Source: Octopus bimaculoides
Lineage: Eukaryota
Length of the DNA stretch: 64,000 bases
Direction of reading: 5' to 3'
NCBI RefSeq assembly: GCF_001194135.2
Contig: NC_069000.1
Location: forward strand, 9,083,890 to 9,147,889
Shown here: positions 11,661 to 23,800 of the stretch, piece after piece
Numbering within the stretch: the first letter of the stretch is position 1
How the letters are laid out: each line of letters starts with the position of its first letter
Made by a program: the position numbers and the translations under genes
Notes under the pieces: model-generated
The model's database searches: none
What the model saw: the letters and a program-made list of their open reading frames with translations, nothing else
Told to the model about the DNA's origin: nothing

Positions 11661-14600
11661 TACTACTACTGTGATTGTTACATTAGCCATTTCATCTCCT
11701 GTAAAACATCCCCCTGCTGCTACTACTACTACTACTACCACCAGTGCTGCTTAAAATGACTAAAAGTGAAGAAGACATTAATGATTCCATTCTCTCATTT
11801 CCTACCATTCATTCTAGCACCAAACACAAATACATCTTTGAATTATAAAGTCTACCAATTATAAAGGAGATAATGCGTTTAGGTTTCGAAATTAACTTTT
11901 TGACTCTAAGAAATTTTCCTCCCGTTCCCCCTCTATCCATCTCACTTTAGCATGGTTCACTTCTTTTGTCGTCATAACATCTTCTGACATGTTTTTTTAA
12001 AATTATTTTTTTATTGTTCCTTGCAAAACAGGAGAGTTCACATTACTGTCTTATAATACAATACAAAAAAAAAAAAGATAAATCAATCAATTCTCTCTGA
12101 CCACTTTCACTACCATCATCATCACAGCTGGTCTCCAGCCATCCAGTTTAAAAAAAAAAAAAATTTCTATAGATATTCTAATGGATTTTTAAAAATTCAA
12201 ATGACCTACTTAACTGCTGTAAAAAAGCAATGAACATTCTATTAGGTAGCATCCTTACATTAATAGCATCAATATACTGCTGTATCTAACAAAGAAATTC
12301 AACAGATAGCATTCCTATGTTAACTGTATACTGCTGATATAAGAAACTAGGTTCTTGTTTCCCTGTATTCCCTATCTTTCCACCAACACCATCTTGTTCC
12401 TCAACTACTTTTCTGTTCTCAAGCTTTTCCATATCATCTTCACTCTTTACCGTTTCTCTTAAACTTATTTTCGTGGGTTTTTTTTTTGTTTCTTAAATCA
12501 TAAAAATTCTTTATTTAACCTTACAGCCGCTTTAATCACAATCCCCTTTTCCGTCCCCTCTGCTCGGTTATCTCTATCCAACCTGAATAGTCCTTTCTGA
12601 TGGACTTTAGTTGCAAAGGATGTAACCATTTTGAATAACTTAATTAATTACTAAAGTGAAAACAAAACAAAAATTCTATTTAAATGTTGGTAGAAAACAA
12701 CAGTCAAAGTAATGTTAAATTTTATTTTCTCTGATAGGGGGAGTGAGTTCAATTTTACTGTAAACTCTGCACCCCACCTTTGCTTTTTTGTTACACCAAG
12801 CTAATAATTAAAAAAGTATTGGTTTAATGGTGGATGGGGAGTTGGTATAGTATTTTGTACAGCTTCAAGACTAGCCCCATCCAAACTCTAAAGCTGGAGA
12901 GTGATACACACACATATAAAACAATCAGTTATTTTTATCATCATCATTTACTTGATCCCTGGTTGAANNNNNNNNNNNNNNNNNNNNNNNNNNNNNNNNN
13001 NNNNNNNNNNNNNNNNNNNNNNNNNNNNTGTGCATAATTGATCTCAAAAAGATGTAATGGCTTCTTGAGTAGAATGCAGGTTCGGTATGTGAAAACCAAA
13101 TTTTCATTTTTTTTTTTCTTTTTCTTATATATATATATTTTATTTTACACCATACACACCCAGACCCAATTTTGCCTTATGCTCCCCGCCCACCCCTTCT
13201 AACAATATGGTTTGATAAAATTACTTTAGAATTTTTTTTTTTTTTAAAATCACACACACACACACAGTACAACAATTTTGGAATTTTAAAAGAATAGCCA
13301 AACATTAATGTAGATATTGTCTTTGAAAAACAAGGGTCTAAAGTCATTCCAATATCTTATCAAAGAATAAACAGTATTGATTGGGAAGTTTAGAAGGCAT
13401 TGATTATGGGGGTTCACCATTATGCAGGTACATCACTGATGTTCTCGTATCCTTGGTTACAAAGCCTTGACGGATTAACCATCTGTGGTCATGTAATAAT
13501 AATAATTTATCAGAACACCTCTAACCTACTTAATTATACCACACAATTTACATACTGAAACACCACGGTTCATTTTTCAACTGTTCAACTTTATCTTGGA
13601 CCCTTATGAATTAGTGCCACTGATGCTCTCAATTCTCTTAACTATGGCTGTTACAAATAAGGGTAACTGAAAGTTAAATAAGCAAGGGGTCTATCAAAAT
13701 TTTAGTATCACCACTAAAAAAGTGCAGAATAAGTAAATGCAAGTTCACACAACAATTGTGTCGTGCAGGGAACTAGACTGCAATTTTAACTTACCCGTCA
13801 CAATTTATCTGGATTCAAACACACAATGCTACAGTAGTCATGCAGTGAATTAGTCTGGTAGCTGTGGAAATATCATGGGGATTTCCACCTCGTAATTTAT
13901 CCAGATTGAAAGAGGTGTCAGACCGTCATTTGCCAGAAAATCAATGGTGTACCTGTATTTTTGATCAGATTTATTTATGAAAACCTTAACTGCAAATTAA
14001 TTATTATTATTACATTTACTCTTTATGGTATATGCTATCTGCTGTGCCATGTGACATGAAAGTGCCTCAAATAATAATTGTCTAGATGTGAATTGGGTTC
14101 TGTTGAGCAACAGACATTATTCAAAGTTTCTTTTAATTAAGTGTTAAATTTATGTAGAATACTTAATTTGTCAAGTGTTTAATTGCCGTTGGATAAGTTA
14201 ATTTATAAAATAATATGGATTTAGGATTTTAACTCATTTTGTTGGGAATTTTAAAAATATCTTTTACCTATATTACAGGTCACATTAATGCAGGAGAACG
14301 ATCAGATATTTTACAATATTTAAAAAACACCAAACATCTATAGAAAATATTACCCTTAAGTGTCCTTCCATTCTACTATAAAGAACATACCACACACACA
14401 CACACACATATATGTAGTCAAATGGATAATGGCACAAACAGCAATTTCAGATTTTTAAAAGTTCTTTTTCTAAAATACATTTTCTTTGGCTATTTATCTA
14501 CCTGCTGGAATTACTGTTTTGTAAAGTACATTAGAATATGATTTGCTCTGCATTACACATGCTAAATTATTAATGATGCTCTTATTTTCTGTAATATATA

Positions 14601-16394
14601 TATATACACACACACATACACAGCCCAAAACTTAGAATACAATTCATAGAGCAAGATATAAAGCTCTTGGTGAGTTGAGGTAAAGCAGACAGGCTTACTC
14701 AGCAACTCAGGTTTGGTTCCTAGTTTGGGGCCCCTTAATGCCCTTGAGAAAGGCATAATAAAAGTTGTTAGACAATCTTAATTCCCTTCCTGTTCTTGTG
14801 CTTAAAATTAAGGTATCATTATTACCAATACTTTATATAAGTTGTGACAAACAAGAAATCCATTTCATAATCAGTTCACAAGTCCAAAAAGAGAAAATTA
14901 ATTAATTAACAAAAAGAAGCTCCCAAAGCAGATTCATGATTATAAAGAACCAGAAGAGGAAAAAAAGAAGATGCTGACTGAATTATTTTTGTGTATATTT
15001 TGAGTACTAAAAGAGGAATGCTTATTTTGATAGCATTTGAGCCTTCATACCTGTTCAGGGGATAGGAACAAGATAATACTTTACCACCAACATGACACAA
15101 ACATGGACATATCGGGCCTTATTTTTCACCCCTATCCCTCTACCTGTAAATATTCACTCAACCATATCCCCCACCACCACCCCTCCGACTCAAGTAGGTG
15201 AAATAGTTTTTTGTTCCTTAACCCTAAGCTCCCCCTTTATCTTTGTATATAATAAATAACATTGGCTAGAAATTACGTAGATGACTTTGGAATTATTTTG
15301 AATGTAAGCTTCCTGTTGTTTTTAATTCTTTTGTCATTGTGATTGTGCCAAGTGCTATGTAGTTGCAGTAAGCTCTTCTTAGCAAAGCGAAGCAATTTTT
15401 TTGGTTTTGATTTTGGTTCTCAGTTGGAATTAAGAACTGACTTTCATTGCTAAACTAATGACCTTGAGAAAGGCATGCAGATTATGACCTCACATGTCTG
15501 TCTAACACATATTTATGAATTAGAATTATAAAGTGTCTATTTAGGCAATGAAAACATTGTCGTTACTAACGAGGAGAACTTTCAGATTCAGGCAGCGAAA
15601 CAAGTCCGTCTCTTTATAACCTAACTTTACAACAGCTTTAAAGTGATGCAGGGTAGTCTAAAAACTGAACAGCCTCATATGTATCTATACAGAATTTCAG
15701 AGGAAACTTTAGTTTTTCAGTTTATTTTAATCATCGCAGCCAAGCCATTATTGGTTAGTAAAAATGAAGATGACATTTCTGTTTCAAAACCATTTTCTCT
15801 TAGTTACAGAAAAACAAAAAGCAAAGAAGCTTTTTGGGCAAATTGTCAACAAACTCTTTAGTGACAAATAGATAACTTCTTAATTCAATCATTAACCTCG
15901 ATGCGATGTTAATCTTTTAATTTTGATTACCTAAGGGGGAAAATATCTCTGCCCACCTCTCTTAGCTGTCAATCAACATCTCATGGTTTACCCTTTTGAA
16001 TATAAGCTTGTCTGAGACATTTATGCCATGCAAATGCTTTCTGCTGCATCTAACTTTAGCAATGTTGTGTCAAGTTGACTGTGTTATTCAAAATGGCTTT
16101 TGTAGGTTATTTATTTTATCTCATTCTCATTGAAAATGGTCCTAAAATCCTAACAGAGTTATTTGTTATTTAGGTTAATTCTATTAAAGACAGTTTACAG
16201 GTCTTGACTTTCTATTTCATAATCTACAACTTTCTGAAAAAGAAGCAATTTTTGCTCATTTTAGAACTGTTGTGTGACTCAAAAAATAACAAGGATTTTA
16301 GTTAGATTGAAAGCAAGAAGAGTTTCTAAACTGTTTTTGGGTTTTGCTTTAATGACTGGGTAAATTCATCTCTTATTATTATAATTATTATTAA

Positions 16395-16546
16395 AGTCAA
16401 AATTAAAAGAAGAGTGCCATTGTTATCTAGTGAACAAACCACCGCTTCATAGTTTCCTCGCTCACTCGATGGAGAAGGGATCGGGATGTCGCTGAGTGGT
16501 GGTTAGTTCACTAGATAACAATAGCACTCTTCTTTCAATTTTGACT
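16395..16546. repeat. 52-bp imperfect inverted repeat (48/52) with a 48-nt spacer
   Basis: 16395-16446 versus reverse complement of 16495-16546: four differences. Confidence 0.9.
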
Positions 16547-18423
16547 ATATCTTCAGGAGGAGTTACCTCAATCATCCTTTTTATATAATAATTATTATTA
16601 TTATGTAGGCGAGCTGGCAGAATCGTTAGCACTCTGGGCAAAGTGCTTAATAGTATTTCATCTGTCAATAAATTAAGTACCAGTGAACCACTGGGGTTAA
16701 TGTAATCAACTTGTCCCCTCCCTCAAAATTTCAGGCCTTGTACCTATAGTAGAAAGGATTATTATTATATTCATTAAAATAGTTATTTGTCTAGATCCAG
16801 ATGTTTTGCAAGAAAAGAAGAGAAAATGGTTCAGAAGCCAGGTGAAACCAAACAAATAGCAATTTTCAGAATGAATTCAAAGTTTAGTCAACATACACCG
16901 AAAAGTTCTTTTTAAAATAGTTCAAGGAGTCAGTCCAAAACTTTCCAAAGTCATTTCAAATTTATTATGTTGCAAGGCAAGAAAAATAACACAAACATTT
17001 TCCTGTTATGTAGTGTGTGTGTGTGTATGTTATAAAACCATCTTACTGTAATTGGTTTTTGTAGTATTTTGCTCAAGATTTTCCTGTCTCTCTCTCTCTG
17101 ATTTTTTTCCCACCTCATGCCATTTGTGGCCACAGGCTCAATTTCTACGTTGCACCTACACCCATTCCACATAGACAGACAGACATATGAATAAAAGCTT
17201 TAACAGTGCTCAACATTGACTGCTATAACTGTACATTCTCTCTCTCATATACATCAATCTGGCCTTTCCATATGATGATGATGATGTACCACCAGCTTTC
17301 ATAGGAAAGACATACCTACTTTTCACAAAATTCATTTCACTTAATGAAAAAAAAACTGACAACTGCAAAAATGACGCAGCCGACAAGCGTGAAAAGTAAT
17401 CCTGTATTAAAGAAAAAACAGTTGTGTGTTCAATGAACTGTAAACTAAACAAAAAAAAAGTGTATATGGAAGTTCTTTATAAATTGTCTTTTGTGTGTAT
17501 GTTTTTTTATTTCCCCTCCCCCCAATTGTGACAGAAATAAATTAAGTGCCGAAAAGAAAACATGCCAATTTTACCTGGAAGTTTGTATAATATCTGCTGG
17601 TCAGTGAACAGGAAGGGAAGAAAATGTTCTGTAGAAAAAGAGTATCTTAGTTTTGATTTATCTGTATTAATAGCACAATTTCTTAAGTGCTTTGTTGTGA
17701 CACATTTACCATTAACCAAATATATAACAATGTTAGTTCAACAGTAATTGCAAAAAAAAAAATTTTTTTCTTAAAAGTTTTCCTAAAAAAAAAAAAAAGC
17801 TATTGTTATTCCATATATAAAACTCTTTCACAAACTGAGACTTGGAATGAAAAAAAATAAGAGAAACTGTCCCCACCCCTTCCCCATTTTTTTTTTAAAT
17901 GGTTAATTACATGACAACATAACATGTTAGCCATAAATTAGAATTTTATGTTGTCAGAATTCTAAAGAAAATCAAATATTTTGCTTTACTTTTACGTTAA
18001 TTTTTCGTTTTTCCATTTTGACACTCTCTGGTAATATTAACTTTAATGTTTGTAGAATTGTAAATATTAATTTGATAATTAATTAATTAATTACCATCTG
18101 GAGTGAAAAATTTGGATGTTAATCAAGTCTAAAGTAAATGTCTTAGTTTATTTCATAGTTTTTTTTTAAAATCCCTCTTAATTAAATCTCCTCTTCCCCT
18201 GAATCTATTTCTTCTTGAGAGCAGTATTTAAGGCAAAACATTTTTAACTGAGTAAAAATGCTCTTTTCAGACTTTTTTTTTCCATTTTACATTGTGCAAA
18301 GTTTACAAATGCTATGCACTTTTTTGACCAGACTGATTATAATTTGACTTCACCCTCTGACAGTTCCAAAACAAAATCACTTTGACAATTTCCAGGTGTA
18401 TCAAAATATATAACCCTAATTTT

Positions 18424-18490
18424 TGTACAATAATGTTAATATCGTTTTATAATAAAATACATTTAAATGGAAACTGTGTGCCTATCTCTG
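18424..18490 (+). terminator. Candidate distal polyadenylation site of the echinoid-like gene
   Basis: TGTA at 18424, AATAAA at 18451-18456, GT/T-rich sequence downstream; lies at the end of a long SINE-poor stretch. Confidence 0.35.
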
Positions 18491-18810
18491 TGATATATTT
18501 GTATTAACAATTCTTATTAACACACATCAACTTTTAAATGATTTTTGGCTGCAGTATTTCTGCATTGTAGGAAATGGAGTAATTGGAGTAATGGTTACTG
18601 CCAAGACAGAGTGCCAAACTATTATTGCTTTACAGCATTCAATGTAATTTCAAAGGGTTCTGATTTCAAAATCCTTCAGTTCCAAGCTCGCATTTCTTTC
18701 CTTTGGGGACTGGGGCCAAGAAAACCAATACCAGTAGGGTCTTTTAAACCTATGATCAAAACCATTCCAGTTGTGGCCATCTCGTTTTTACTTCAGATTC
18801 AGCAAAGAAA

Positions 18811-19125
18811 GCATATGGCTAAGTGGTTAGGGTAGTCGGTCCAAGATGGTATGATCATGGGTTCGATTCCCGGCAGTGCATTCTGTCCTTGAGCAAGACA
18901 CCTTATTTCACGTTGTTCCAGTCTACTCAGCTGGCAAAAGTGAGTGGTACCAGTAATTCAAAGGGGCCAGCCTTGTCACATCCTGTGTCCTGCTGAATCT
19001 TCCTGAGAGCTACATCAAGAGTACTTGTGTCTGTGGAGTGCTCAGCCACTTTCACAAGCAGGCTGTTCCATTGATCAGATCAGTTGAAACCCTCATCGTC
19101 GTAACCAACAGAGCACCAGTTACAT
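18811..19125 (+). mobile_element. tRNA-derived SINE (family A)
   Basis: Head TGGCTAAGTGG...GGGTTCGATTCC; body homologous to 1815-2183. Confidence 0.8.
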
Positions 19126-19355
19126 TCAGCTGCTATTTCTAGCCAGTCGAGCACCTCTCATAGAGAGGTTCCATCATTGGTTCATTATTAAACGTTTGTT
19201 AGTTGTGAATCAAGATTTTCATACCGAATGACCTCACAAGTATTTTATTTCAATAATAATGCATCATGTGACCCTCTTCTTACATGCTTGCATTTTCCTC
19301 TGCTTATTTCATGTAATAATTCACATATGCACACACACATGCATGCACTCTCGTT

Positions 19356-20815
19356 TTATTTGATGAAAGCAGCATAAATTACTTCTAAAAATAAATCAAT
19401 AACTGCACCCGGCATCTTCTTGATCACAGTGTTGCCAGTGCACAGTCGCCATTGTTCGGCGACTGCAGTGTTATGTAATTTAGCTTGTAGCTTCGTGTTC
19501 TCAAAACAAAAGTAGCAGAACAATAAAAAGGGGGTTCTTACTAAACTGAAAGCCGGAAAAAGGAAAGTCTCTTAAGTGTTGTCGATGCACATTTCCTAAT
19601 ATTATTTGCTGCCAGAATGGAGGAAAGTAATCCAGTACACCTTTAGTCCTGTTGGTTAGCTGAGTCAGTAGAGCATCAGACAAAATGCCATGTAGTATTT
19701 AGTCATAGTTTTTTTTACATTCTGAGTTCAAATCTCAGAGGAGGAAGGTTGACAAGTATATCTTTAATTCTACAGTTAATGGTGTTGGTTGTTTGAGCCA
19801 GTAGAGCATCCAACTAAATGCCATGTAGTAAGTATTTAGTCACAGTCTTTCACATTGTGAGTTCAAATCCCACTGAGGAGGGAAGTTGACGAGTATATCT
19901 TTAGTTCTACAGTTAATGGTGTTGATTAGTTGAGTCGGTAGAGCATCAGACAAAATGCCGTGTAGTAAGTATTTAATCATGATCCTTTATATTTTGAGTT
20001 CAAATCCTGCTGAGGTTACCTCACCCCTCATTCTGATGTGGTGGGGTTAGTAGAAAAATTAAACAGATTACCAACCACTTACTGAGAATTAATTCATATT
20101 GCTATTAAGCAAAGTGGTTGTAAAGTAGAAGAATAAAAATTACAGAAGAAAACTTGCTACACAGTCAGCATTTCTCGGAATGAGTAAAGAGGGGTATTCT
20201 ATTAGAAGAAAATATTGATTTAGCAAAATTGGATTTCACTAAAAAATAAAAAGGATTTTTTTTTAAAAATCATGTTTCAAACCCTAAAAGTATAGCATTA
20301 GGTCCTGGGGCAAGACACATGTTGACTTCTTTCTGAGAATGTGTCTTTGGGGGGGAGGGGGAGGCACAACTTCCAATCTAATCCAGTGATGAAGCATCTA
20401 TGCTGTAAATTGACCTGCTAAAAACTACTGCTAAATCTTCCTCAGATCACATGTCTTAAAACAGGATACACTGGATAACACAGTTTCTGATCTACAAAGG
20501 GAGAGGATGGATGGTCATAACTGGAACACTTATGATGAGAAGTCTGCTTGGTCAGGGCTTAGATTGGGGCTAAATAACATAATTCTCATTCTACAGTGAA
20601 GTATTAGAAAGTAAAGAAAATAACTATGAATCGCAAAAAAAAAAGAAAAACCGTTTGATGCATACAAGACCATGATTCTGGTTAGAAACAGAGGAGGAGA
20701 ATTTGTCCATGTCTTACCTGCAGCAACTGTGTATGAAGAACATCGATAACATGGGTCTTACTAGTCTTGAAAAACTTGCCTTTCTCAAAGCCAAACCGTT
20801 GGTAGAAAATAACGA
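19356..20815 (-). CDS. Last two exons (20718-20815, 19356-19499) of an unidentified protein-coding gene
   Basis: Exon 20815-20718 has acceptor ttttcttaactcacatttcag and donor CAG|gtaaga and reads xVIFYQRFGFEKGKFFKTSKTHVIDVLHTQLLQ. It joins in phase 0 to NTKLQAKLHNTAVAEQWRLCTGNTVIKKMPGAVIDLFLEVIYAAFIK*, followed by AATAAA on the - strand at 19249-19244. The second acceptor is an uncommon GAG, so that exon is less certain. Confidence 0.5.
19652..20020 (+). repeat. ~135-bp tandem repeat, ~2.7 copies, derived from a SINE head
   Basis: Units begin near 19652, 19784 and 19921 (GAGTCAGTAGAGCATCAGACAAAATGCC...TGAGTTCAAATC). Confidence 0.75.
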
Positions 20816-23800
20816 CTGAAATGTGAGTTAAGAAAAGTTTGGCTATTATTTCTAGCAAGTGTAGTTGCTTAACATCTTGTTTAACATCACTAACAATTAG
20901 GGGGAGGGAGGGGGTAGGAATACATTATGTGATAGTGTGTCCTCTGGTCTCATGCCAGCTCCTGCCAGGCCGAACTATAAGAAGAAAATAAAAATGAAGA
21001 CAGTGGAGTGTGATTTGATGGAAATTTGGCTGCTATTTACAGCAGATGTACCAACCATGTAAAGGTTCATTTGGCTCGTCAGCAACACCGATGAGGACAA
21101 TAATGCTAATGACAGTGATGGTGGAGATACTAAAAGATCAATATTTTGTGATATCAGAGAATTCAGCTGTGAGAGAAAACTGATTAGCAATAAGATAAAT
21201 AACAATAACATTTGTAACTGGGTTTACTCTTTCTGTAAATCTTCAAGTGGAAGCACTTGAACGACAGAGATTCCAATTAAATAATTCCCACCAACCATTT
21301 GTTAGTGAGTCTTCTTAAAGAGCTGTGGAAATATACTCTTTTAAGAACTACTTAATGGTTCAATAATTTGGAGCAAAGATGGCTAAATTAGCAAGTAGCT
21401 GCTGTTACTGTATCCACTGTTAACAAGGATGGCTAAACTGACAGCTGTTGAGACTGATAGAATAAGTTGTCATCAAGTATCCAATGCTTTTACAGTGCGT
21501 TGATGACACTTCAACAAAGATCTTCCCAATCAATCATAATTTCTCCCATTGGATGAGGCCACAACATTAATTCAATTTGACTTTCTCATAATGTTTTCTT
21601 GGCAGAGATATTGGGGTGGTTTGTAAATTGCCTCCCTCAACAGGATGGCTGTTGGCCCAGAAGATGCTCATCTGCCCTTCAACAGGTCTTATTTTTAGTC
21701 CTGACATCCTCCTTACAAGAGTAGCAAGCTACCCAAGTGAGGGAGCCAGTTTGATCACTGACCATTTGACAATGGAACAGGTAATACTGGTTTACATGGC
21801 ACCAGTAGCAGGCCTCATCAGCCCGTGATGAGATCCCCTAACCTAACCTCAATAGAATAAATACTGGGGTTGATTTGTTTGACTAAATCTACAAGATGGT
21901 GTCCCAGCATGGTTGCAGTCCAGTGAATAAAACACATAAAAAATTAAAGAAATCCACAATTTGTAGTAAAGATGGCTAAACTGACCCCCTTCCTCAAAAT
22001 TGCTGACCTTGTGCCAACATTTGAAACCAATATAATACATATATATATATGTATAACAATGAGAATGAGTGCTCAACACTGCATTGGTGGATAAAATTTG
22101 TGTATTGAGGTTACCATTGCTTAGCGATATTTCGTCTCTGTCTTTACATTCTGAGTTCAAATTCCGCCGAGGGTGACTCTGCCTTTCATCCTCTTGGGGG
22201 TCGATAAATTAAGTACCAGTTGTGTACTAGGGTTGATCTAATCGACTGGCACCGTCCCCCAAACTTTCGGCCCTTGTGCGAAGAGTAGAAAAGAAAAGAA
22301 TATACATAAAGCAACAGCTAAAACCTAAGAGTAAAACTGAAAATCTATATATGTCTGTATACACAAATATTTTTAAACACACACATTTCAGTGTGTATAT
22401 ACATATGTCAATATGTAAAAGGAGCCAACATACGAACAATTTCAACATGGCAAGTGCTTTAGGCTAGTTTTAATGTCCCAGAAAGTAGACTAGAGATTGG
22501 AGACCAACATGGCAAAACTCTTAGAAATCTATGCAATTTAAAGAATGTCTTGGTGTAATCCACAATATACTTTGACAGGTTTAAGATGATAAAACCAGAT
22601 GAGTTACTATATACCAGCCAGTTACAACAGGCTTAAACATTCCAGCACCTCGGATGGCTCTTTTCCAGCTTGTTAAACTAAAACTGATATGACCATATAA
22701 AACTAAGAGCCTGCTAGTCTGTAGCATTGAATTTCAACGGATTTCACTATATGGAACTATCAGCTATATCATATGCCAGCAGGTGATAGTCATTAACAAG
22801 ACAGGATACAGGAAGTTTAATACTGGCTTTCACCTGTCATAACTGCAATCCAATATTGCCCTCATTTTAACCATGTGTGCACATACATTACAAAAAAAAA
22901 AAGAGATAAAAATAAAAATGAGAAAATAACCATAAAATATACCATTCCCCTTTTCTACACCCTGAAACTTATTAGACACCAAAACACTTGGACTACTGCT
23001 TGTATGTGTCTCGCATGATCTGTCGTATAAAACTACTGCATGGTTTTCATTGTTGATGTTGTTTAGCCACAGGTCAACATTTGATCATAGGCAGACCAAT
23101 GATCAAAAGTGTAACCAGCTGTGACCAGCCAGTGATTATTCTGTTTTTGTTTTGTTCTTGTTCTTTTAGCTATTTTGTTTCAGGTGTGCAACACAGTGTG
23201 TGAAGGCAAACATTATCCAATGTGTCCCTTTAATTGTTTCTTCTAAGAAGGTAAGTGTATTTATTATTTCAGCAAAATTCAGCTGGTATTTCTAGCAGTT
23301 CCGGCAGTTGTACAAAAGCTTCCTTGTTCATTTGTTTTAGATCTTGCCTTGTCTCTTGACAACAGAAAGTTACCCCTTTAGCCTGTATAAGCAACAAAAG
23401 GTAACATTTATCCCCACTTAAAAACATGGTTATTCCGTTAAAACAAACTTTACTGTGGTAGATACCATGGGAGAAACTCTTGTATTATTTTTGGTGCAAA
23501 ATGCACTCTTGTTTATATTGCTAGCAGGGAGATAAATCCCTTCTACCCCCAGCACCGAGACCACAAGGTTGCATGATTTCAACCTTCAAACAACATATAG
23601 CAATAACTTTTGGATGTGAGCAACAGATAGCAACAGCTTTTAGCTAACAAAAACAAATAGAAAGTAATAATTGCCAACCTATCTATATAAGTAACATATA
23701 GCAACAACTATCAGAGAGTATGAACCAGAGATAACAACAACTAAACATATGAAATATAAGCAATAGTTTGCAACAGTTATCAACATTTATATATTTCAAC

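Noticed and set aside
19443-19465. 8-bp GC-rich hairpin CAGTCGCC/GGCGACTG
   Set aside because: Too short for a miRNA precursor and lies in a predicted coding exon.
20686-20822. + strand frame ETEEENLSMSYLQQLCMK... with a GTGAGT donor
   Set aside because: All three frames stop before that donor; the - strand exon has better splice sites.
20927-20977. 51-nt - strand exon candidate
   Set aside because: The phase needed to join exon 20815 contains TAA; the phase-0 alternative gives an implausible peptide.
22615-22677. 63-nt - strand segment LTSWKRAIRGAG, reminiscent of the SAND-domain KDWK motif
   Set aside because: No phase-2 partner exon found downstream; motif match too short.
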